A stretch of DNA of 64,000 bases, from contig OZ250165.1 of assembly GCA_965238005.1 (NCBI GenBank), positions 4,512,001 to 4,576,000 of the forward strand, read 5' to 3'. Source of the DNA: Longimicrobiales bacterium. Lineage in GTDB: Bacteria; Gemmatimonadota; Gemmatimonadetes; Longimicrobiales; Gaopeijiaceae. The translations under genes were made by a program, and so were the position numbers. Positions 9,722 through 17,892 of the stretch are shown in pieces (positions within the stretch are counted from its first letter, which is position 1; every line of letters begins with the position of its first letter). The notes under the pieces are model-generated. The model worked only from the letters and a program-made list of their open reading frames with translations. It was not told where the DNA came from and ran no database searches.

Positions 9722-9753
9722 CCCGCCCGGTCTGCCCCGGGCGGGCTCCTTTT
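9722..9753 (+). terminator. Intrinsic terminator-like hairpin between convergent genes
   Basis: 9-bp stem CCCGCCCGG/CCGGGCGGG, 6-nt loop, followed by CTCCTTTT. Confidence 0.65.
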
Positions 9754-9765
9754 CGTTGGGGGCGA

Positions 9766-11580
9766 CTAGAACTCTCGCCAGTCGCCCTCCAGGATCTTGT
9801 GGTACACCTCGGACGCCAGCAGCAGGTCCACCACGGCCTGGTCAAGCATGCCATCCTGGGCCTCCATATTCAGGATGTCGAGGGCCCTCGTGGCGGGAAG
9901 GGCGCGCTTGTACGGACGGTCGGAGGCCGTGAGGGCGTCGAAGATGTCGGAGACCGTCATGATCCGGGTCTGGATCGCGATCTCAGACGCGCCGATACCG
10001 CGGGGATAGCCGGTCCCGTTGAGCTTCTCGTGGTGCCCATGGGCGATGTCGGCCACCCTCGCGAGATCGCCGGTCCACGGAATCTGCGTGAGGAAGTTGT
10101 AGGTGTGAGTCACATGGGACTCGATCTGCTTCCGCTCGTCCGGATCCAGTGATCCCTTTGGGATCGAAAGGAAGTGGAGCTCTTCCGGCGTGACGTAGGG
10201 TACCTGCCGGTCCTCGAAGTCCAGGAATGTCGCAGCGGCGATGTCGTTCAGAATTTCCGCGCTGGCCTCGGGAAGAACCCTCGGCTCGTTGGACTCGCGG
10301 ATGGCCTCATGGAATCGGTCCAACTGTTCGAGGGAGCTCTCGTACGCCTCCTCGAGGCCTCGGAGAAAGACGTCGAACCCGTCCTTGCCGTCCTGCAGGA
10401 GGTGCTCAGCCTTCTTCTGATGGAAGTCCGACTCGAGCGTGCGACGGATCAGATCGAAGCGAGCCTCGATCCGTTCGAGGAGCACTGGCGGCAGCTTCTT
10501 GGGCTTCACGAGAACGTTCTCCCGAACGCCCACCTTTCCGAAGTCGTGCAGAAGGCCCGCGTAGCGCAGCTCCTTCATCTGCTCGCGCGTGAAGCTGGTG
10601 TCCTTGAATGGACCGTCACCAGCCCGGTCGGCCACCTCGGCGACGTCGCAAGTCAGGGTCGACACGCGCACCGAGTGTCCCGACGTGGTCGGGTCCCGCT
10701 GGTCGATGGCGATGACGGCGGCCTTGATGAAGCCCTCGAAGAGGTCCTCGATGTCCCGATAGAGCTGTCCGTTCTCGATGGAGACGGCCGCCTGCCCGGC
10801 AAGGGACTGGACCAGCTCGACCTCCCTGGTCTCGTAGGGAAGCACGTACTCGTCCGCGGTGGCCTCGTCACGGATCACACCCTCTGGATCCGACTTCCGG
10901 TTGATGAGCTGGAGCACGCCGACCACGGCATCCCGATGGTCCTTCATGGGGACCACCAGCATGGACTTGGCCCGGTAGCCCACCTCCTCTTCGAACGCAC
11001 GGTTGAACGAGTAGGGCGCCGACTGGGGAATCTCGTACGCGTCGTCGATGATGAGTGGCTCCCCGTGCAGGGCCGTAAATCCCGCTACGCTGGTCTCATC
11101 GAAGGGAAGCGAGAAGTCCGGGGTCGGTAGATCGGGGAGAGAGGCATTCTGAGCCCGCAGGAAGTGGAGTGTCTTCTCTCCGTCGTCCCCCTCTTCGACC
11201 AGATACAGACTCCCGGCATCGCTGTCGGTCAGCCGTCGGGCCTGGGTGAGGATCATGCCCAGGAGTGAGTCGGGATTGCGCTCGCTCATGAGTGCCATTC
11301 CCACCCTGTTCAGCCCTCGCAGGTCTCCGTGGACCTGGCTCAGCTGAGCGTCGGCTGCCGCTCTCGCCCCGGACCCGTCGGCCAGGACGGTCACGTGACT
11401 GGGCACCGACCCCAAGTCGCCGGTCTCGCAGAGTCCGTCGGAGAGGACCAGGACCGCTGCCCCGTCATGGGCCGAGACCTCGGTCAGGCTGGAGATCTCC
11501 ACGACCTCCACGCCGTCGCCTAGAGCGGCCAGAGCCTGCGACGCGTTCCCGGTTTGCGCGAAGATCAAGAGCTTCGTCAT
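9766..11580 (-). CDS. GAF + HD-GYP domain phosphodiesterase
   Basis: GAF motifs (DAGSLYL, SMLVVPM, GVLQLINRK); HD-GYP motifs GHSVRV, LLHDFGK, HHEKLNGTGYP and DIFDALT..RPYK. Confidence 0.92.
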   Translation of the reverse strand: MTKLLIFAQTGNASQALAALGDGVEVVEISSLTEVSAHDGAAVLVLSDGLCETGDLGSVPSHVTVLADGSGARAAADAQLSQVHGDLRGLNRVGMALMSERNPDSLLGMILTQARRLTDSDAGSLYLVEEGDDGEKTLHFLRAQNASLPDLPTPDFSLPFDETSVAGFTALHGEPLIIDDAYEIPQSAPYSFNRAFEEEVGYRAKSMLVVPMKDHRDAVVGVLQLINRKSDPEGVIRDEATADEYVLPYETREVELVQSLAGQAAVSIENGQLYRDIEDLFEGFIKAAVIAIDQRDPTTSGHSVRVSTLTCDVAEVADRAGDGPFKDTSFTREQMKELRYAGLLHDFGKVGVRENVLVKPKKLPPVLLERIEARFDLIRRTLESDFHQKKAEHLLQDGKDGFDVFLRGLEEAYESSLEQLDRFHEAIRESNEPRVLPEASAEILNDIAAATFLDFEDRQVPYVTPEELHFLSIPKGSLDPDERKQIESHVTHTYNFLTQIPWTGDLARVADIAHGHHEKLNGTGYPRGIGASEIAIQTRIMTVSDIFDALTASDRPYKRALPATRALDILNMEAQDGMLDQAVVDLLLASEVYHKILEGDWREF

Positions 11581-12491
11581 CGCATCAGCCAGTCTGCCTT
11601 GTCGAAGGCCGCGCTCGCGCCCTCCAGGTCACCGAGCGCGTCAAGGATCTCGCCCTTGAGCAAGAACACGTCTGCGCTCAACTCCTCTTCGTCCAGGAAA
11701 GCCAGGGTAGCCGAAGCGTCATAGAAGAGCCCGACTTCCCGGTAGACCGCCGCGGCCATGAGGGCGCCGTCTCCGGTAGGATCCAGGCCGGCCGCGGCCA
11801 AGGACTCGAGCGCTCCTGCCACCTCGCCGTGCTCCTCACCGCCCAGGACCAAGAATCGCTGCTCGCGCGTCGGCCGGCCGGAGCCGGAGGGCGCCACGGT
11901 CCAGGCGTACGTCTGGCCCCTGAGCAGGTCCGGAGCATCGGTGGGCAGCGCCCAGGTCGTGTCGGAGGTCTCATAGCGGGTGATCCCGCCCTCCAGATTC
12001 CGGACCTGGATCATGTAACCGGTGGCGCCTTCCACCGAGTGCCAGAAGAACGTGGGGCGCGCGTCCATGACCGGGAGGCCGTTCCTGGGCGCGATCAGAA
12101 CCGGCTCGCCGGGGATGGGACGGATCATCCCCTGTCGATTGGGATTGCCGCGGGCGTCGGTGGTGGCGGCGCTGGCGAGGACTCGCATGGTCCTCGAGAA
12201 GGCGCCCGCCTCGGAGTCGCCGCTGGCTGCGGGAATGGTCAGCGTCTCCGTCACACGTTGTGTGCGGCCGGTGGCATGGACGATTACCGCCTCTCCTCCA
12301 CCTGTGATGATCTGATCCCCGCTGGCCAGCCGGGTGCCGACCGCGGCCGCAATGGGGGCACCATCCCCCAGGATGACCTCGACAGCCCCCTGAACACTCA
12401 CTACCACGGCTGCGGGAGCCTCTTGGATCGGGGGTCCCCCGTTTGCTCCGAGGAGCAGGAACGAGCTCGTTGCGATGAGAAGCTTCTTCAT
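11577..12491 (-). CDS. Exported protein with a FecR-like N-terminus, a DUF928-like Ig region and a C-terminal TPR-like helix pair
   Basis: Signal peptide MKKLLIA; VQGAVEV...LASGDQIITG (FecR-like); RPTFFW...LPTDAPDLLRGQTYAW (DUF928-like). GGAG RBS before the ATG at 12491. Confidence 0.65.
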   Translation of the reverse strand: MKKLLIATSSFLLLGANGGPPIQEAPAAVVVSVQGAVEVILGDGAPIAAAVGTRLASGDQIITGGGEAVIVHATGRTQRVTETLTIPAASGDSEAGAFSRTMRVLASAATTDARGNPNRQGMIRPIPGEPVLIAPRNGLPVMDARPTFFWHSVEGATGYMIQVRNLEGGITRYETSDTTWALPTDAPDLLRGQTYAWTVAPSGSGRPTREQRFLVLGGEEHGEVAGALESLAAAGLDPTGDGALMAAAVYREVGLFYDASATLAFLDEEELSADVFLLKGEILDALGDLEGASAAFDKADWLMR

Positions 12492-12511
12492 AACTGACTC
12501 CAATGGGCTCC

Positions 12512-14732
12512 CTACTTCGTTGTCCGACGGACGACGAAGTCCCAGTCCGCCGGCGGAGGGTTGGCGATGTTCTCCTTCGATCTCTCCAAATACACTTTCG
12601 AAGGCCCGTCACTGGGATCCGCGTCCAGTGCGGCCTTAAAGTACTCGCTTGCAAGCTCCCAGTCGCGGCCGCGATAGACCTTCATCCCGGCCTCATAGTG
12701 GGCGATGGCCTCTTCCTTCTCGGGGGAAAGGGCTACGCCTGCCATCTCCAGGACCTCATAGACGGTCACTGGCTCGATTTTGCCCTTCACCGTCATGAAG
12801 TCCAGCACGCGCACACGGAAGTCGTCCCGTGTCGCGGCCTCGACCGTGTGCTCCGAAGCCATGACCAGCGTGTCGTAGGACTTGTTGGCGGGCTCGAGTC
12901 GGGCTCCGAGGTTCACCGCGTCGCCGATGGCGCTGTAGTCGAAGCGGTCTTTGCCACCCACGTTTCCTACCACCACTTCACCCGTGTTGAGCCCGATGCG
13001 TACCACCATCGTCTCTGCCTCGGGGTCGGCGGCGATCCACCGCTTGTTCAGATCGTCCATCTTCCGCTGCATGAGGATGGCGCATCGGAGTGCTCGATCC
13101 GCGTGATCGGCTACTGGAGTCGGCGCGTTCCAGAACGCCATGATGGCGTCGCCGATGTACTTGTCGAGCGTGCCCTCCTCGGCCATGACCAGGTCGGTCA
13201 TCTCGGAGAGGTACTCGTTCAGATGGGCGATCAATTCCTCGGCGTCCATGCGCTCGGACATGTCCGTGAAGCCGGCCAGGTCCGAGAAGAGCACCGTGAT
13301 GGGGACCTTCTTGCCCCCCAGCTTGAGGGAGTCGGGGTTCTCGGAGATCTGACCGACGACCGTGGGCGACACGTACTTTCCAAAGGCGCTTCGGATGAAC
13401 CGCTTCTCCCTCCCCTCGACGATGGAGACGTACGCGGTGGAGCCCAGGTACGAGAGCCCGACCGCTACCAGCGGCACGACGATGGGGATCCAGAAGTACG
13501 GCTCGACGGAGCCGAGGCGGCCCAGATACGCCATGAAGGCCCCAGCGGACGTACCCAGCCCGAGGACCACCGTCAGGGCACCCCCCCAGACCGCTCCCTT
13601 CAGAAAGACCACTCCTCCGGCGGCCAGTCCGAGAAGCAGGAGCAGCGCCCAGGTGGCCCCTTCACCCCATGGGCCGGAGGTACTCCTCGTCGATGAAATT
13701 CTGGAGGGCCTGGGCGTGGATCTCCACCCCGAACATCCAGTCGAAGAGGGCGTCGGGCGGGAACGACTGATCCCTCTCGGCCACCGCGCTGTACGGGAGG
13801 TGGTCGTAAGGGGTCCGGAACTTGTCGGAGTCGTGGAAGCCGGTTCCCAGGAGAACGATCTTGTCCCGGAAGAAGTCTGGGTTGATGTAGGCGAGCCCTA
13901 CCGCGCTCTGCGAGGCGACGGCCGGGAACGTCCCAACGTCGATCTCGCCCTGCACGAGATGGGAAGGGGGGCCGCTGAAGCGTAGCGGAAACGTAATGGC
14001 CCAGGTCTTCGGAGTCGATCCGGGCTGCCACCAGTCATCGGGTACCTCTCCCAAGCCCTCCGGGAGTCCCGGAAGGGACACGCGACCCGTGGCTCTCGCG
14101 TCGGACATCATGGCTTCCACGTCCAGGCCTCGGGAGTGGGCGTACAAGGCCAGGGCGAACCCGGGAGCGAGCCCGTCTTCGGATCGAACGGCGAGGGTCC
14201 CGTCGCGGATGGTCTCGAAGGGCGTGGGCAGGTCGGCGGAGGCGACTCCGGCGGCCACCTCGGCGAAGTAGGGGTCCGGATCGGCGAGGACCTTCGTCTC
14301 TCCGTCCTCGGACTCCACCACCGGGGAGACCAGGACGACGTTGCCGGCGTCGGCCAAGGCCTGTCGAAGACGGTCGTCACCGCCATCCATGGCATTGAGC
14401 TCGTCCCAACGACGGTCGAGGTAGACGTCCAGCCCGATGGTCTTCGCCCCCGCGAATGAGACCGCGTTGACGAGGTCCGCCAGGTGGGGGCGGTAGAAGG
14501 GTGACAGGTAGTTCCAGTCCTTCGTCGCTTCTTCATCGAAGAAGACGATGACGACCTCCGTCTGTCCCTCGGTTCGGCGGAGCTGCCGGGAGGCGGCCTG
14601 CTGGAAGAAGTCGAGGGTGCCCAGCTCGAGGTCCTCGATCTGGGTGAGCCTCCCGTACCGGTCGGCGATCTGGGCCACAGAGGCCGCGCCCAACGTGATC
14701 AGCCCGAGAACACCGGCGCGCTTCCACTTCAT
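12512..14732 (-). CDS. CHASE2-domain class III adenylate cyclase, interrupted by a 1-nt frameshift at 13665-13668 (sequencing error or pseudogene)
   Basis: 5' ORF is CHASE2 (GAKTIGLDV, DKIVLLG, MFGVEIHAQAL). 3' ORF has TM helices plus cyclase motifs FSDLAGFT, DKYIGDAIMAFW and YSAIGDAVNLGARLE. Removing one G from ATGGGGTGAA joins them (PMGEGATWALLLLLGLAAGGVVF). Confidence 0.9.
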
Positions 14733-14798
14733 GGCATCACGGTCGAGCCGTGTCGGGGCCCCAGCCCAGCGGATCAGGCACGGTCGAGAGGCTCGGCG

Positions 14799-16682
14799 CT
14801 AGTTGTGGATCTCGTACATCAGCGACGCACTCCCCCACGAGTCGAGACGCACGGCTCCATCGGAACCCTCCGCCGGGCCGGCGGCCCTGCGAACGGCGTC
14901 AGCAATGAGATCGGCGAGCTCGAGCTTGCCCGCGGTGAAATCGTCACCGACGGCGATGTCCAACGGTTCCGGTGTCAGGAAGGCGCGGACCATTCCGCGG
15001 CCAGCCGGCGGCATGGCCTGGATCTCGAACTCCATGCTCTCGGTCGGGAACTCGATTCGCTGTCCCGCGGTCACCGCGTTCTCCCGGTCGTACGGGTTCG
15101 GGAAGAGTACGGTGACCGTCCCGTCGGTACCGAGGTCGACGAGGGTCAGGTATCCGCTGCGCTCGGCCTCGGCCAGGAAGCGCACGTTCTCGCCGATGCC
15201 GAAGCTGGACACTCCGCCGGCGAGCCAGACCTCGAGGCTGAACGACTGTGCCGGGTTCTCCATGTCGCCGAGCCTCTTCGCGGAGGCCTCACGCATGAGG
15301 GCATCGGCCAGGTCGGTGGCGCCCTCGGCGCCGGCCGGGAAGACGTGCCGTGCCGCCCCGTCCATTCCAACCACCCGGATGTCCATTCCCCGGCGCCGCA
15401 GCAGCAGATCGGAGTAGGACTCCTCATCATGGATAAGCACGATCGCCTCGGAGCCCTCGATGGCGCTCGCCAGAGCGTCGGCGGTGCCGGTGTCCGCCCC
15501 GGCGACGTTGACTCGCAGAGGGCTGGACGGGAAGCGATAGCCCTCCAGGGTCGCCCGATCACCCTCGCTCACGGATCCCGTCAGGACTCTGGCTTGGGAG
15601 CGGTCCGAGCTCACCGACTCCACCACCATGCGGGCGCCGTCGGCCGTGCTGAACGTCGATCCCAAGGTGATCCCAAGCGCCTGGCCGCCCTGTAGCTCAG
15701 CCGTGGAGCCACTGATGGAAAGCACGGGCAGAGACGCCGAAGACGTGCCCCGGGACCCGCCCTCCACGAAGAAGAGTGGAAGCGACTTGGACGCCACATC
15801 CTCGGAGAGGTAGGGGTCCTGCTCGAAGCGATTTCTCTTGAGGTGGTCTGACACCCGGCGGTATGCGTCCTCGTACGACATGTCCGCCGGGGCCCTCCAG
15901 AGCTCCCGGATGAGGAAGGTCGTGAACGCCCCGCCGTGGAACGGGTCCGCGCCGTTCTCCCCCGGGAAGAAGGCGTCCACGGCCGGCTGGTCGGGCTGGG
16001 CGGCGGCGAGCTCCAGGACGTTCGCGCCCTGGGAGTCGAAGCCCGTCCGGTCTCTCTCGTTCGCGAGTGCGCGCCGGGAAATGGTCGCCGGCCTGTCGAT
16101 CTCGGATACGTCCCGTCCGAGCTGGCGTGTTCGGGAGAACGGAGTGACGTCGCGCGTTCCCGATCCGGAGCTGCAGTTGTCCAGGAACACCACGACGTTG
16201 TCCGTCGGGAGGGCCCGGAGCCAGGCTCCGAACTCGTCGTCGCTGATGTCGAACTCGGTCGAAGTGGGGCTGACGTCGGCGGGGGCCAGCGTCTCGTCCA
16301 GACCATCGTCCTCGTCGCCGCTTTCGTCCCACATCTGCGAGCCGTGTCCGGCATAGAAGACGGTGACATTGTCGCCGGGACGCGCCCGCTCGGGCAGCCA
16401 CTCCGTGAGGGCGACCTCGATGTTGGCGCGGGTGGCTTCCTGATTCAGGAGCATCCGGATGTTGTCCGGCGGGAAACCGTACCGGCTGAGGAGAACGTCC
16501 CGCATGCCCCGTGCATCGTGCTCCGCACCGGGGAGGTCGCCACCTGTTACGTCGTCATAGTGGATGTAGTCACTGATTCCGATGATCACCGCCCAGTGTG
16601 TGGGAGCGATGCGTTCGGCGGGCCCGAAGGCGAGCAACGGTACGGCTGCCATTGCCGCCACCACAGGGGCGAAACGTCTCAC
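14799..16682 (-). CDS. Exported metacaspase-like (peptidase C14) protein with a C-terminal DUF4384-like domain
   Basis: Signal peptide; WAVIIGISDY, YAGHGSQ, DEDDGLDETLAPAD, LDNCSSG and GAFT; C-terminal GYLTLVDLGTDGTVTVLFPN is DUF4384-like. Confidence 0.9.
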   Translation of the reverse strand: MRRFAPVVAAMAAVPLLAFGPAERIAPTHWAVIIGISDYIHYDDVTGGDLPGAEHDARGMRDVLLSRYGFPPDNIRMLLNQEATRANIEVALTEWLPERARPGDNVTVFYAGHGSQMWDESGDEDDGLDETLAPADVSPTSTEFDISDDEFGAWLRALPTDNVVVFLDNCSSGSGTRDVTPFSRTRQLGRDVSEIDRPATISRRALANERDRTGFDSQGANVLELAAAQPDQPAVDAFFPGENGADPFHGGAFTTFLIRELWRAPADMSYEDAYRRVSDHLKRNRFEQDPYLSEDVASKSLPLFFVEGGSRGTSSASLPVLSISGSTAELQGGQALGITLGSTFSTADGARMVVESVSSDRSQARVLTGSVSEGDRATLEGYRFPSSPLRVNVAGADTGTADALASAIEGSEAIVLIHDEESYSDLLLRRRGMDIRVVGMDGAARHVFPAGAEGATDLADALMREASAKRLGDMENPAQSFSLEVWLAGGVSSFGIGENVRFLAEAERSGYLTLVDLGTDGTVTVLFPNPYDRENAVTAGQRIEFPTESMEFEIQAMPPAGRGMVRAFLTPEPLDIAVGDDFTAGKLELADLIADAVRRAAGPAEGSDGAVRLDSWGSASLMYEIHN

Positions 16683-16693
16683 GGCGTGGGCTC

Positions 16694-17608
16694 CTAAAGC
16701 AGGATGTCGGCCAGTTCGGCCGCGGCGTCGACCTGAAAGCTATATCCGAGGGAGAGGGCCTCGTCCCGGTGTGACGACACCAGCTCGGAGAGCTTCTCGT
16801 CGTGACGCTCGGGATCGTGGTGAAAGAAGAGGAGCCTCTTCGCGCCCACCTCGTCAGCGAGATGGAGCGCCTGGCGGAAGGTAGAATGCCCCCAGCCCAG
16901 CTTGGACTGGTACTCCTCCTCGGTGAACATGGCGTCGTGGATCAGAACGTCCACATCGCCCACGAAGTCGATGAACTGGCGATGCCAGTCCTCGCCCACG
17001 TCGTAATCCTCTCCCGCGATCTCGTTGTCCGGGATGTAGGCGAGGGACGCACCTCCGTACTCGATGCGATACCCGACCGTGAAGGACGGATGTCTCATTC
17101 GCATAGCCGATACGCTGAACCCGTCGTCCTCCCAAACGCCCTCGTTCAGATGGGAGAACTCCTTGTGCGCAGCGAGAGCGTCGAAGGGGATCGGGAAGTA
17201 GATCGGCCCCATCTGCCCGGCGAAGAGCGTCTGAATGTCCACGTCGAACTGCTTGGGACCGATGATTTGGAGCGACGCGGTGGGGTTGTACAAAGGCACG
17301 AAGAATGGGAACCCCTGGATGTGGTCCCAATGGAAGTGTGTGAGGAAGATGACGGCGTCGGTGGCGCCATCCTCGCTCATCATGTGCGAGCCGAGGGGAC
17401 GGATCCCCGTGCCGGCGTCGAAGATGAAGCGCCGGCCGTCGTCGAGGCGCACCTCCATGCAGGGTGTATTCCCCCCGTATTTGGCGGTCCCTGGGCCCGG
17501 ACTGGGGATAGACCCTCGGGTTCCCCAGCAAACTGCCTCGATCACGGGGTGTGCCTCCTCGGTCTCCATCGTCGTGGCCGGCGAGGCGGCGTCCATCGCT
17601 TGCTCCAC
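16694..17608 (-). CDS. MBL-fold metallo-hydrolase (RNase Z/cyclic phosphodiesterase-like)
   Basis: Motifs WGTRGSIP, YGGNTPC, FDAGTG, THFHWDHIQG (HxHxDH), GWGHS and FHHDP. Confidence 0.9.
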   Translation of the reverse strand: MEQAMDAASPATTMETEEAHPVIEAVCWGTRGSIPSPGPGTAKYGGNTPCMEVRLDDGRRFIFDAGTGIRPLGSHMMSEDGATDAVIFLTHFHWDHIQGFPFFVPLYNPTASLQIIGPKQFDVDIQTLFAGQMGPIYFPIPFDALAAHKEFSHLNEGVWEDDGFSVSAMRMRHPSFTVGYRIEYGGASLAYIPDNEIAGEDYDVGEDWHRQFIDFVGDVDVLIHDAMFTEEEYQSKLGWGHSTFRQALHLADEVGAKRLLFFHHDPERHDEKLSELVSSHRDEALSLGYSFQVDAAAELADILL

Positions 17609-17892
17609 CCGAACTCTCCCGGTGAGTCGTCAGCGCCTCGAGATACTCTTTGAATCTACTTGAGCGAGGCCGGTTTCGGCGAGGATTTTCGTTCTTGTGG
17701 CTACGCTAACCAGACGGATCGGGGTTGCGCGCATGGGCGCGGAACCCCTGTAGTCCGCCGGCCCGATGCGGTTGCCGATGACTTCTCAGTTGCCTCCCCG
17801 GGCTCGCGGGTCGAGCGTGGGATCTCCGATGCCCAGCACTCGGTGCCGGGGATATGAGCACTGCTGACACGTGCTCCGACCCAGCCGGCCCA

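Noticed and set aside
7905..16682. Caspases as part of CBASS, Thoeris, Avs or Craspase defence
   Set aside because: No CD-NTase, TIR, STAND, SAVED or Cas genes are visible; both proteases have signal peptides and the cyclase is a class III CHASE2 enzyme.
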